A stretch of DNA of 64,000 nucleotides from Eremomyces bilateralis CBS 781.70 (lineage: Eukaryota), in assembly GCA_010015585.1 (NCBI GenBank), contig ML975173.1. The stretch is one strand, 5' to 3'. Numbering within the stretch: position 1 is the first letter of the stretch; each line of letters begins with the position of its first letter. Of the stretch, positions 12,801 through 25,115 are shown in pieces. The notes under the pieces are model-generated. The model ran no database searches. It was not told the origin of the DNA and was given only the letters and a program-made list of their open reading frames with translations. Position numbers and translations under genes: made by a program.

Positions 12801-12969
12801 ACCTGCATCGACAGATCACCATGGAAGTAAGTGGACATCGAAATCGCAAGTGTTGAACTCTGACTGACGATGATAGCTTTCCGGCCAGCGGAAGAAAGAA
12901 GAGTCGACGAGCGATCCGTTGGCGGCGATAGGCACGGGATTTTCGGGCTTTCGGCCGTACTGGGGTTGA
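9819..12969 (+). CDS. SEC24: COPII cargo adaptor, Sec24 family (Sec24C/D-Sfb3/Lst1-like)
   Basis: P/Q-rich N-terminus, zinc finger PPRCRRCRAYINPF..CNMC, trunk, helical and gelsolin-like regions. Introns 11599-11645 and 12827-12876; ends GFRPYWG*. Confidence 0.93.
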
Positions 12970-13379
12970 ATTTCAGAGCATGGGCCAATTCCGTTGGGGC
13001 GGGGGACGTCAAAATCAGTCACGCGGAGGAGATGGAGCTTGGGCTCCCGTATATATTCCCATTGGAGAGGTTGCAGCGTATCCAGGAGCATCGTCGGATC
13101 CTCGGCGTATCATCACACTTGGTAACACTAGGACGCGCGCAGCAAAATCAGATGTTTGGCTTGCTTGCGGCAAAGGACGTCTACCTTTCATCGCCTGTTG
13201 ATTATATGAATTCTGAAGTAACCTTCCTGACATCACTGGGCGATCCTACATTCAACCCGCCTGACACCGAATTGCAACCATAACGCCAGCATCGTGGTAA
13301 CGTTCATAGCACAATATACCCAAGGCTTCGCCGCGCCTGAAAAGGTAGTTCCCCATATGTTCACATCATCTTTCCGCGA

Positions 13380-16092
13380 TTATGCACTAGCCGTGACACC
13401 GGACCGCTGGGGCTGGTGTTGCGAGTTGGGTTTTAAGGTATACTTCGCAAACGCCCGCGCCAACGCGCGCTTGCAGCTGACTTTCTGCGAGTTGACGAAG
13501 CTGTCGACGGCGACGGCGATGGCGCGGTCCATGTCGTGCGAGTTGCAGTACTCCGACAGCCGCATCTTGCAGAACGCTTCGCAGGTTCGCATGATCGCTT
13601 CCAAATGCCGGATCTATCGAGTTTACTTAGCACGATATAATTGAAGGAAAATGACTGAGACTTACGGTGATGGGATATGCTCCTGTCGCCAGGGACTCGC
13701 GTCGCATGTCAGCGAACAGTCGGGCGATCTTGTCCCGGTCGATCTGGTACAACTTCGGCCGGCACCTTTCCCGGGCGTAGAGGATGTATTTCCGCAACAG
13801 TTCCTGCGGTATCTGTCCTTCGGTGTGCGCGGGGGGGGATTCCACGTCCATGCCGTCGGGGTTCGTCATGGAGGCATGTGCGCGTCCATGGCTGTTCACC
13901 ACGAAATTCGCCAGTCGCTCGTCCTCCTCGGGCTCGACGGTGTCCCGCACCACGCAGAGGATATCGAAACGACTCAGGATGGGCTCTGTCAGCTCGACGT
14001 TCTGGCTGAAAGGAATGGTGCTGTTGTAGCGACCTCCGATTGGATTGGCGGCAGCGACGATTGCGCACCGCGCTTGCAGGGTCGTGACGATGCCAGCTTT
14101 GCTGATGGAGATGGTCTGCTGCTCCATCGCCTCGTGGATACTGGTCCGATCTTGGTCGTTCATCTTGTCGAACTCGTCGATCAGGCAGGTGCCCTTGTCC
14201 GCTAGAACCAAGGCGCCACCCTCGAGCGTCCATTCGGAGGTCAGGGGATCGCGTCGTACCGAAGCCGTCAAACCCACTGCGGAGGCTCCTTGGCCCGTAG
14301 CGAAGACGGCTCGATGTGCGGTCTTCTCGACATATTTCAGCACCTGCGACTTCGCGGTCCCCGGATCGCCCAAGAGAAGCACGTTGATGTCACCTCGAAT
14401 GATATGTTTTCCCTGGGCTTCCTTGCTGACCCCACCAAACAGACTGAGAGCCACGGCGGTCTTGATGTCCGTGTGCCCGTAGATGCTGGGTGCAATGGAA
14501 TTGATGAGCTTGTCGATGATATTCGGGTCTTTGGACAAGGCGCGAATTTGCCGCTCATCTTCTTCCGTCAATCGGAATCCTGCGAGCTGGTCGTGCGACT
14601 TCACGACGTGATTGGCTTCCAAAATCGTTGCGAAGACAGGGAACCCGTTTTTGTTGTTCAGCGAGGCATCGTAGTTGTTCCGATAGGTGCCGGTGACCTC
14701 GATTTCCTCTCCAGGTTTGGCACTATCAATTAAGTCCCAGAGGAGGATGATCTCGCGGTGTCGAGGCAGCCGACCGGCCGGGACAGTCCCAGGAGACTCC
14801 TGGAGAGTCAGTTTCTGATAGTTCCGATACACGGTCTTCTCCGAGTTCAGAGTGAAGGGCCCTCTCTTTTGGCAGTATTGACAAAAGGAGATCTTCACTT
14901 CGATATTGGATTCTTGCGGGAAGGGGCCTAACACCGCACCGCAGTTGACACAGTCGAACTTGATGTATTTCAGCTGTGGGAACACTCCACTGCGACGGGT
15001 CACCACGCCGCTGACACGGACTAGGCAGTTTAGGTGCGTTTGACGCAGTTGACGAAGGGTATATCGCACCGGCAAGTCCGTGATTCGAACGTGAATTTCC
15101 GTGTGAATCCGCTCGTAGTCGGGATAATGCAGAAGCGTGACGTCCATGGCCACCTGATCGAAGATCTTCAGGATTTCAGCCGGGGTGTTGGCAAGGAAAT
15201 ATGCAAGAGTCGCCTTGGATTCCGCCAAGTGGTCGAAAGAGACCTCCAGGGACTCGGCGTTGACTTCACCGAGTGTCCGAATGCGGGTGCCGTATACTGA
15301 GCTCCCGGTTTCGTCGGTGTATTCGGTCAAGAACGACTTGAACTCTCGGGCAATCGTGCGGTGTACGGCAGGTTGAGCCACCCAATCGGTGACGCTTGCA
15401 GCCTTTACGTCTTGAAGAGCCTCGAGGGTCAGCTCTTCATTCATGATATCTTCGCCCATATCCACATCATCTTCGTCTTCGTCATAGCGGTGGCGCCGTC
15501 TTCTAGGTCCCCGAGCCGGGTCAAATATGGCATCGCCTTCCTCATGGTCGAGGAAGCCGGCTGGGATGTTCCGGGAGCGGGCTAGCTCTCTGTCGCGCCG
15601 ATTCAAACGCGCTTCCAGTTGTCGACGGGCGCCGAGGTCCATATCGCCGTAGTCGCCCAGGTCGTCGATATCTTTGGCATTGTACGCTTCGTCGTCTCGA
15701 CGGGTGCGGTAGTCGCGCTCGAAGGTGTCCGCAAACAGATCGATACCCGCCTCATCCTCGGCCATCTCATCCATGTCGTCAATGTCGCCGATGAGATCTT
15801 CATCGTCATCAATCAGATTATCATCGTCATCGTCGGCCGGGAGCATTGGTGGGGATGATGCAGGGGCTACACGGTCAGCTATATCACATCCGAGGGTTCA
15901 AACCACTTACGACTTGACGGTGGAAGTCCCGGAGAAGACATCATATTATCGTCATCCTCGCGGGCCCGTTTCCCTCGAGCGGCCGATGGAGACAGGCCAC
16001 GGTTCGCCGAGGACATGTTTGGCCGTAAAGGGGAGCTTAAACATTGTTAGCTATGGTTTCGAATGACCCTAAAACTTCCTATTATACCTCAT
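13380..16092 (-). CDS. MCM2: DNA replication licensing factor Mcm2
   Basis: Acidic N-terminus starting MSSPLRPNMSSANRG, C4 zinc finger, GDPGTAKSQ Walker A, IDEFDKM Walker B and SRFD arginine finger. Introns near 16087-16037, 15910-15865 and 13665-13615. Confidence 0.97.
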
Positions 16093-16215
16093 TGAACTTG
16101 ATTCATCAACAAGGGGTTTTAATGGTTCAGTATCGACCGTTTTAGTTTGTTGACGATAAGAGTTAAGGGATGAGGTGGAGTGTTCAAGCAAAATCCCAAA
16201 TAGAGGGGGCCGCTC

Positions 16216-16311
16216 TTCGCGAAGGCTAAAGTGACTTCAAAACTCTAAAGTGACTTCCTCGCGTTTCATTCGCGCTTTCCTTGGGTTTCGCGAGACGCGC
16301 CTAACACGCGT
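16216..16311. promoter_or_regulatory. Cluster of MCB/SCB-like (CGCG-core) elements in the MCM2/UBR7 bidirectional promoter
   Basis: TTCGCGAA 16216, CGCGT 16260, TTCGCG 16269, TTTCGCG 16286, ACGCGC 16295 and ACGCGT 16306 within about 100 bp. Also a direct repeat CTAAAGTGACTTC at 16226 and 16246. Confidence 0.7.
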
Positions 16312-16432
16312 TATCCCTGAATGCAACCACGTGATATGAGCACTTTATCCAAGTATCCAACTGCATCAGCTTCCAGTCTCCAACTGAATTTCGAGTGCAT
16401 CAACAAACTGCGATTCATTCAACTCGTCTATA

Positions 16433-16502
16433 TCCGATTTACACTAGATTCACTGGATTCACCGATTCACTAAACTCACTGGACTCACCGGATTCACCTG
16501 GA
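16433..16502 (+). repeat. Degenerate ~9-bp tandem repeat (GGATTCACT-like, about 7 copies) just upstream of the UBR7 start
   Basis: cgatttacactagattcactggattcaccgattcactaaactcactggactcaccggattcacctgga. Confidence 0.7.
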
Positions 16503-16536
16503 ACTGTTTGCTGAAGCTTTCCGCCACTCGTGCGCC

Positions 16537-18276
16537 ATGGCAACATCCGGCTCAGTCGCCGCCCATCAATTGAGGGAACGACAGAATAGCTTCTCCCAGG
16601 TGTCGGAGAGCTCGCAAACTGCTCAAGAGTATGTTCAAATCCATAGCTTTGGTCTGTTCTTTGGCTAACAATCAGTCAAGATTCATCAATAGCCAGCTGC
16701 AACTCGAAGAAGAGGCACGTGAGGCGTTGCCTTATCAGTTCGATACCTGCACCAAACCATTGGGCCCGTTGCGACAGCTCGTCTTCTCCTGCTTGACATG
16801 CAATCCTCCTCCGTCTTCTTCATCCGATCCATACAATGCGGCCGGAGTCTGCTATTCCTGCTCGATATCGTGTCATGGCGACCACACCCTCGTCGAATTG
16901 TTCAATAAGCGCGACTTCGTCTGTGACTGCGGAACGTCTCGCTTACCCGAGTCCACACCTTGTACGCTGCGAATCAATCCGGTGACCGGGACGAAAGGAG
17001 ACGTGCGCTCGGAGCCACCGCGCGAAGGCAACTCGTATAACCGCAATTTTCGGAACCAGTTCTGCGGCTGCGGCGAAGAATATGACCCACATCAAGAGAA
17101 AGGGACCATGTTCCAGTGTCTGGGCCTGGGATCCGAGGCGTCTGGCGGATGTGGGGAGGATTGGTGGCACCCGGAATGTCTGGTTGGGCTACCTCGAAAC
17201 TGGGCGGAAACACATAAAGAGCAGCAAGATAAGCTCTTAGCGCCTACTACAGAAGGAAATGCACCGGCCCCTGAAGGGCGGGTGGATGGTGCTACAGTCA
17301 ATGAGGAGGAACCCCCACTACCACCGGGCTTCCCCGCAGAAGAAGATTTCGAATCGTTCATTTGCTACAAATGTGTCGAGTCAAACCCCTGGGTCAAACA
17401 GTATGCGGGTTCTCCAGGCTTTCTCCCGGCCGTTTACTTCAGGGGTTCTGCAGTTAAATTCAAAGAAGGCGATCAAGAGTCTTCAGCAAATGGTCAACCA
17501 TCATCTCAGGGATCGGCCCAGAAGCGAAAAGCACATGATTATGATGGAGACGAAACTGGAACCGCCTCCAAGCGGTTTAGGTCGGTGGACAAGGATGAGA
17601 ACGACAAGAGTGAGACCAACGGGAGTGACGCAGTGGCTGAAGCGGACATTCAACAAGACAACAAAACCGATTCCCACCCTTGCAGAATAAACAGCCTTCC
17701 TCCCGCACCATCTGGGAAGGTGTCCCTTTTCCTACAAGCCGATTTCCGGGAACGATGGTGCAAGTGCCCGCGGTGCTTTCCTTTATTGGCGAAGCATCCA
17801 TGGCTGTTGGAGGAGGAAGATACGTACGAACCTCCCATTTCCGAAGATGGTGAACATGAAGACGGTGGGCAAAGTGCGGGGACTCGAAGCATGCTCGACA
17901 TGGGCGAGGCTGCATTGAGTAACGTTGATCGGGTCAGAGCGATTGGTGAGTTTCCATCGGGTCTTCAGCTGGTGTATGCAGCATTTGACTAACACCCGGC
18001 AGAGGGCGTCATGGTGTACAACAAACTCAAGGAGCAGGTCAAATCATTCCTGCAGCCGTTCGCCGAGAGCGGCCAGGCTGTGAGTGCGGAGGATGTCAAG
18101 CAGTATTTTGAGCGGTTGCGTGGTGATCAAGATGGAATCCAAGCGGCTGCGGCTCAAAGTGCAGAAGCGAATGCAAACGGAGATAACCATCGTAGAGACG
18201 AGGGCAAAGGTAGGAATTCTTATGTTTTATGGTGTCCTGCTAGTTGCTAATCGGTGTATTCATAACAGGTTATTGA
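16537..18276 (+). CDS. UBR7: UBR-box/PHD protein, UBR7/Mlo2 homolog
   Basis: UBR box LRQLVFSCLTC..GVCYSCSISCHGDHTLVELFNKRDFVCDCG, PHD-like region MFQCLGL..CGEDWWHPEC, and C-terminal DRVRAIEGVMVYNKLK. Introns 16629-16680, 17946-18002 and 18210-18268. Confidence 0.9.
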
Positions 18277-18966
18277 TATCTTCCTGGATCGATTCTGTCG
18301 GGAGGGTTGAGCACCGGGTATGGTGTTTGGGCGAGTTATCTGATGACTGGCACGAGTGCCATCAAATCCGACGGAGGACTATTGGTGAATTATTCCATTG
18401 CTACCGATGGATTGGCAGATACCCAACCTGTAATATGAGTTATGAATCGGCTGTGCTGTATGAACCACGCACTCAACGAAAGCAGGGCTATTAATAAATA
18501 ATACATCAATAGTTTAATACCGAAGTGTAACATGCACGGACGTCATCCGTGATCAGACGGTGCATGCAAAACAGGCGCTGGTTGCCTGGTTCATGTGGAG
18601 GAATACTGGAGCCTTCAGCCCCCCAGGGCCCAGTTCTTCTCACCAGACTGACCAGACAATAAAGACAAAGATATTCTTCGGTTGTGTCCATCCATACGGT
18701 ACCCGATATTTATTCAATTCAATACATTTTCACGTCGCTAGATTTTACCTACCTACGGAGTACTTCCCAGTGTCTTCCCGCTTCAGAAGGACTGCTGGCC
18801 TGAATGTATGTCTGACACTTCCCGCCGGCGGGCCTTGCTCTTGTATCGCCACTTTCCCCCTTCGCCCTGACGTCCGACACACCACACAACCAGTCCACCG
18901 AACAAGCACCGTGGCCGTATCGCCAACGCCCATCCTTTCTGTTCCACGCGGGGACTTCTCGCCGCC

Positions 18967-20527
18967 ATGCGGCTCTTCCCTTCATATTCCCTTCTCGCGA
19001 TCCTCAGCGCTCCCCTTCTCCACGCCGAGAAACTCGCCTCGGGCCTCGAAATCGATGTTACCGACCGAATCACCTGCTCCCGACCGACCGTCCTGGGCGA
19101 TCAGATCGAAGTACACTATCGGGGGACGATATGGGGCACCAAAGTGCAGTTCGATAGCAGCTACGAACGCGGCACGCCCTTCGGATTCCGGCTCGGTCAA
19201 GGGCAGGTCATCCAAGGATGGGACGAAGGGCTCGTGGGAATGTGTATCGGCGAGGGACGACGGCTGACGATTCCCCCGTCCATGGCGTATGGTGATCGAG
19301 CCGTGGGTGCGATACCGGGAGGGAGCACGCTGGTCTTCGACACGGTACTGGTGTCGATCGACGGGGTGGAACCTCCGCAAAGTGAATCGCCGTCGCCGAC
19401 CCCGACGTCCACCGACCCCGCGACTTCGATATCACCGGATACCGCGTCGACGACGACAGGAATAGCGATTCCCTCGTCGGATGCCTCTCTTCCCGGATCG
19501 CATGGCCCTGGTAGACCAGGCGACCACGAATGTGACCTTCTCGGCGACTTCTCCCTTCTGGTTCAAAGCTCCCTGGGCCTTCTGGCGCTTACCTCGTTAG
19601 TCTACAAACGATGGCGGGAGACGCCACGACGCCCGTTGAAGATCTGGGCGTTCGACGCGTCGAAGCAGGTGGTAGGCTCGATGATGCTGCACGTCCTCAA
19701 CGTGCTGATGAGCATGTTGAGCTCAGGCAAGTTCGATATCAAGGACGCGGCCACTGCGGCGGCGACGCCAGGGCCCGACATCACGCCGCGGTTGATGCGG
19801 AGAGACGATGGGTTTGCGCAATATGATGGGAGCGGCGACGCGCCGAATCCATGCTCATACTACCTCCTCAACCTTGGGATTGACGTGAGTTTTGCTTCAT
19901 TGGTCGACGCGACGAGATGCTAACTTCAATCAGACGACCATCGGCATCCCTATCCTTCTTCTATGGCTGAAGGTCTTCCACTACGCCTTCTCCCTGACGC
20001 CTCTCGCCCGACCACTGATCTCCATCGAATCCGGCGTCTACTCCCCCCTTCCAAACCGCTCCAACCCCAACCCCCAGCCGCGCACGACCTGGTGGCTCAA
20101 GCAATGCCTCATCTACTTCCTCGGCCTCCTCGGCATGAAGCTTTGCGTCCTCGGCATCTTCCTCCTCTGCCCCTGGATCGCCTGGGTCGGCGACTGGGCC
20201 CTCCGCTGGACCGAAGGCAGCGCCGCGCTGCAGATCACGTTCGTCATGCTGATCTTCCCCACCGTGATGAACGTGATGCAGTATTGGATTATTGATTCCT
20301 TCATCAAGGAGAGGAAGGACCCCGGCGCGCGTTCGTCCGCGGAGGCGGAGCGGGCGGAGGCGGCGCGGGCCGAACAGGCGCACGATCGGGATGAGATGGG
20401 CATCCAGATGACGGAGGAAGACGAGGATGACGCGAATGAAAACGAGAGATTGTTGAAAGGAGCAGATCCGACTCATATATCTGGCAGACCGAGCGCCGGG
20501 AGTAGTGTGGGTGGAGGCAGCAAGTAA
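18967..20527 (+). CDS. Signal peptide + FKBP-type peptidyl-prolyl isomerase fused to a multi-pass vacuolar membrane protein domain (YPL162C/STIMATE-like)
   Basis: [38 protein letters not shown], an S/T/P linker, then [60 protein letters not shown]. One continuous reading frame across the junction; intron 19885-19933. Confidence 0.88.
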
Positions 20528-20770
20528 CGCCGACTGCGGAAAGAGGCGGGACATACATGTTCATTGGTTTAATTGATAGCATATCTGGCATCTCGAATTC
20601 ATTGTTTGTACAACAGCGGCTGCTATAGCTTCAAATGGGAAGGAGACCCAGTCTCACATACGGAAATGACTTTTGTCTACTGGGATCAATATTGATTATC
20701 CGTACACGCCAAGCTGCTCGCTATTCACAACTGACAAGCTTCTTTCACGTAGGTATCTCGAACAGGCGTC

Positions 20771-22141
20771 CTAAGCTTTGCCCCTCGGGTTTCCTTTTGG
20801 AACCGCAGCTGATCGTACCGCCTCACTCTTCGACATCATTTTCGACTGGCTCGCCACGGTCGGGGCATTATAGGTTCTCGTCTTCTTCTTTGCCGGGACA
20901 TTCGTATCGGTTTCGTGGCGAGAAGTCGGGTCCTGCTGAACAGAATCAGAGGGGTAGCTGTCAACCGCCTTGCGTTTTCGTGTCCCAATCGCTGATGGTG
21001 TCACTCCTGCCCGCGTCTCTCCAGGGGCTAGACGTGTATTGTGCTCCTCCCGTTCTTCCTCTGTCGTAGATTTCTCCCCGCGTGTAGGTGGTGAAGGTCT
21101 AGCACGTACAGCATCTTCCGGCCCACTCTCTTCGACTCCCTCCATATCCTCATCCTCCTCGCCTTCCATCGCTTTCGGCCCGATCTGTTGCTGGATCCAC
21201 TCCGAAAGTCCGGTAGCCGCACCTTCCTTTTCAGATTGCGTGCCGTCGCCGAGCAGGGTCGTGGCCAGCTCGCCGGCCAACTCCTCGCTCGATGCTTCGC
21301 CATTCAGCATCCGCGTGGCCAGTTCCAGGAGCATTTGTTGGTCGTCCTGGTTAGCGCCGACGTTCAACCGGGAGAGGTTCTGGGATAGTGCTGCCTTCAA
21401 GGATTCCTGGTCGATGGCGGTTCCGCGTATGCCTTCCTCATCATCATCATCGTCCTCCTCCTCCTCTCTCTCTTCCCCATCCTCATCTCCGGAGTCATCC
21501 TCCCCGGCTACCGCATGTATATCGTCCTGTCCTCCAGGCCTAGCGACAACCGGCGTCACATTCTCCTGGAGCGGATCGGATGGAGGCAGTTGGATCTTGA
21601 ATCCATCAACGTGCTTGAAACGGACCCGATAGTCCTTCAACAGTGCGAACGGGGCGGACTCCTCTTCTGAAAACCGGCGAATGTCCGGCAATGCCAGTTG
21701 TTCCCTCTGTGATACCCAGCAAATCGGCGCGATTCGTGGACCGGATTCGTCCACGGATGCCTGTATACTCCCATCGCGACCCTTCCGCCTTTTCTGCGCA
21801 GACAGACCCGCCTCAGCCGCTTTCCTCTTCGGCCGGGTCGTCGCGCTCTTCGATTTCTGGGAGGGCGTGTCGTGATACCCGTCGGTGTCGTACTCGATGT
21901 CGACGAAGTATTCGAAGCGATCTAATTCATCCCAGGAATCATAGCCATCGTATGGCACCGGAGATGCGATCGCATGCTCGGCCAAGTCGTCCTGTTGCGA
22001 TTCATTCCCTGTCAGCTTGATGATGGACAGGCGCATGACATGCGGTTCGCCAGGGGAAGAAATTGGGAGAAATAGAATGCTACTCACTGCATCGAAATAT
22101 GCATCCTCTACCCAAACGTAATTGCAATCATCGTCTTCCAT
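20771..22141 (-). CDS. Acidic, largely disordered hypothetical protein
   Basis: 456-codon ORF. Probable 96-nt in-frame intron 22087-21992 (GTGAGT..GCTGAC..CAG). D/E tracts and basic NLS-like motifs; C-terminal YNAPTVASQSK motif. Confidence 0.7.
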   Translation of the reverse strand: MEDDDCNYVWVEDAYFDAVSSILFLPISSPGEPHVMRLSIIKLTGNESQQDDLAEHAIASPVPYDGYDSWDELDRFEYFVDIEYDTDGYHDTPSQKSKSATTRPKRKAAEAGLSAQKRRKGRDGSIQASVDESGPRIAPICWVSQREQLALPDIRRFSEEESAPFALLKDYRVRFKHVDGFKIQLPPSDPLQENVTPVVARPGGQDDIHAVAGEDDSGDEDGEEREEEEDDDDDEEGIRGTAIDQESLKAALSQNLSRLNVGANQDDQQMLLELATRMLNGEASSEELAGELATTLLGDGTQSEKEGAATGLSEWIQQQIGPKAMEGEEDEDMEGVEESGPEDAVRARPSPPTRGEKSTTEEEREEHNTRLAPGETRAGVTPSAIGTRKRKAVDSYPSDSVQQDPTSRHETDTNVPAKKKTRTYNAPTVASQSKMMSKSEAVRSAAVPKGNPRGKA

Positions 22142-22726
22142 TGCGCTAGTGGAGAATCCGTGTTGGGATTGCCTGATGTGGTTGTCGACGCGATGGAGTC
22201 GTGGACGCGTTGGGTTGTTGATCGCATGCCGGGGAGACCACTGGATTGCTCACTTGCAGCATGGGCAGGCCAAAAGGTGCATTTGGATGGTCTAGGAGAT
22301 AAATAAGGAGGAAGAAAGAGTAAGTCAAGCATCAAGGGACGTCCGAAAGAGAGAATGAGGGGAATCACAACTGTGAACAGTCAACCAACGGTGACGACTT
22401 CCGTCAGGGGCCTGGACGCTAAATGGCGGGGACGATGACAGGGACGATGACCGCACAAAGACTAGGCACACCACATTGATGGATTGTTTACCTTAATTAC
22501 TTACTTCGCCGTCCATGTCCTTCCGTTATCCATATCACAACGCTTGTGTCTATCCTGAGTGGGAAACACGTGCCTGGACTTGAATATCACATGGTTGGAT
22601 GTGCACTTTGTAGTGATCGATCGCCGGCAAATCAGCTCCCTCGTTCAGTCGTTCTAACATCGCCGACTAAGCGTAACGACTTCCCTTCTTAGCATTGATC
22701 GCGCCGAGGAATTCGAGATCGGCATT

Positions 22727-24720
22727 ATGTCCATAGTCTCAGGTAAGTGCTTCCATCCATTGCTACATATAGGCACTTACACGTCTGCAGAGTCAATCTG
22801 GGCCGCCGCACCCACCACCACTCGAGGCCAGCCCACTCAACTCTCCACCGATTCCAAAGGAGAACGGCTAGCATATGCTGTACGTTTGTTGCGCTCTATT
22901 ATAAGTCACCGGTCGAATAACAACGGAGCAGTCGGGTAAATCGGTATTCGTCAGGAACATCGACAATCCTGGCGTCAGCAAGCAATATACCTCGCACGTT
23001 GCGCAAACGACCGTCGCCCGGTTTGCGCCTTCGGGCTTTTATGTTGCCAGCGGCGATGTGTCCGGCACCGTAAGGGTGTGGGACTGTGTTGGCGAGGGGG
23101 CTACCAAAGGTTGTTTCCGTTCTGCAGCACTGAACCTCCTGTTAACGTCATCCAGGGGAGTATCATATCATCGCCGGCCCGATCAACGACATCGCATGGG
23201 ATGGCGATTCCCAGCGGATTATCGCCGTCGGGAATGGCAAGGAGCGATACGGTCATTGCATCACTGCAGACAGCGGAAACAGCGTGGGCGAGATCTCCGG
23301 CCATTCATCCTCGATCAATTCCGTCTCGATTCGACAACAGCGACCGCTCCGCGCAATGACGGGCAGCGACGATACCAATCTAGTGTTTTATCATGGCGCA
23401 CCGTTCAAGTTCCAGACCAGCTTGCGGAACCAGCACAACAAGTTCGTCTTAGGCTGCGGATTCAGTCCTGACGGTGCCAATATCGTCACCGTCGGCGCAG
23501 ACCGTCGCATATGGCTTTATGACGGCAAGTCCGGCGAATCGAAGACCCAGATCGGAGAGGGGGTCCACACTGGAAGTATTTTTGCTGTTTCGTGGGCGCA
23601 AGACTCCAAGAGGTTGGTTACCGCTAGCGCCGATCAAACCATCCGAATATGGGACGTCGAAGCAGGAAAAGCGGTCCAAACCTGGCGAATGGGCGAGGAA
23701 GGCATTCCGAACGTGCCCGACCAGCAGGTCGGAGTCGCTTGGCCGCATGGGCGCAGTGACGGTCTGATTATTAGCTGTGACTTGGATGGGAACCTCAACT
23801 ACCTCGTGGAAGGTAATCCCAAGCCGTCGAAGGTGGTGACGGGCCACCAGAAGAACATCACCTCATCGGTCCTCAGCGACCAAACCTTCTACACCGGAAG
23901 TTTCGACGGTCGCGTGCGTGCATGGGACATCGCGACAGGCCTGGCGGAGAAGATCGACGGCAATGGACCGAGTAACTATATTGCCGGGATGTCGGCGGTA
24001 CCGCTAGACGCATCTAAGGAGCCGGGATCGATCTACGTCGCTAGCTGGGACGACACCCTTCGTTCCATATCCGCCAAAACATTCACCGGCAGCACGTCGT
24101 CTCTCGGATCGCAACCCAAAGCACTAAGCGTCACCATCGCCGCGCCATCAGGGCCGATCGTCCTCGTCGCCACCTCCGATTCCCTGGATCTCTACTCTTC
24201 CGGCCAGAAGATCGCCTCGCATTCCGTCCCGTTCACCCCCACCGCCCTCGCCGCCCACGCCTCCACCATCGCCATCGGCGCGGACGACAAGTCCCTTCGA
24301 CTCTACACTCTCGCGTCGACGGACCTGACCCCCATCTCCGCCGAACCGCGGAAGCCCACCGCCCCCATCTCCACCCTCTCGTTCTCTCCCTCCGGATCCC
24401 TCCTTGCCGCGGGGACGACGGGCGGGAAGATCATGGTGTATGACACGAGCAACTGGTCGGTGAAGACGGACCGGTGGAGCGCGCATACCGCGCGGATCAC
24501 GTCGATTGCTTGGAATTCGGATAGTAGCTGTGCTGTGAGCGGGAGTCTCGATACTAATGTCATGGTCTGGAGTTTGCAGGACCCGGGGAAGAGGATCAAG
24601 GCGTTGAATGCGCATAAGGATGGGGTCAATGGGGTGGCGTGGGTTGAGGGGACGAGCAAGGTCCTTAGTACGGGCGGCGATGCTACGGTGAAGGCTTGGA
24701 CTGTGGATGGGGTTTCCTGA
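22727..24720 (+). CDS. AIP1: WD40 actin-interacting protein 1
   Basis: [46 protein letters not shown] and WSAHTARI motifs; three short 5' introns (about 22743-22790, 22880-22931, 23110-23155). Confidence 0.93.
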
Positions 24721-25115
24721 GTCGTAGCTCCATGCGCATATTTCGCGAGCAACAATGTCCAAAGCTCTCACAGATATTGAGCGAAGGCTAGATTCAGTCA
24801 TGTTTCCTGGGCCAACCTAGAAGCATTTCGTATGATAGAACCTTTCGGGGTCCCATCCTAAATGAAAGTTCCCTGTGAATGATTAATGAAGCCAGTTGTT
24901 CATGCATTCGGACTGGTCAGGTTTCATTCGATTCGAATGTGAATAGATATCGTTCCCGGAATAGGGATTCAATTTTAGTCCGGTGCGCCCATTAGCGCCC
25001 GCTATATCCATGCTATGCTCATGCTATGCTCGTGCTAACTTAGGTAACTAGGTATTACAAATCTAGGTGCGTTGGAAGACCCATGATATCAGCGAACGCC
25101 GTATCCATCCACTCA

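Noticed and set aside
11989..13012. Long alternative-frame and antisense ORFs (292 aa, 279 aa) over SEC24; similar ones over ACE2, MCM2, AIP1, HsbA, PMR1 and TeaR
   Set aside because: These are shadow ORFs expected from GC-rich codon bias. They are Arg/Pro/Gly-rich with no motifs and fully overlap well-supported genes.
21431..21505. TCA/TCC triplet runs
   Set aside because: Explained by the Asp/Glu tract of the minus-strand protein.
25009..25053. CATGCTATGCT short tandem repeat between AIP1 and the UPF0643-like gene
   Set aside because: Low-complexity 3'-end sequence with about 2.5 copies and no further structure.
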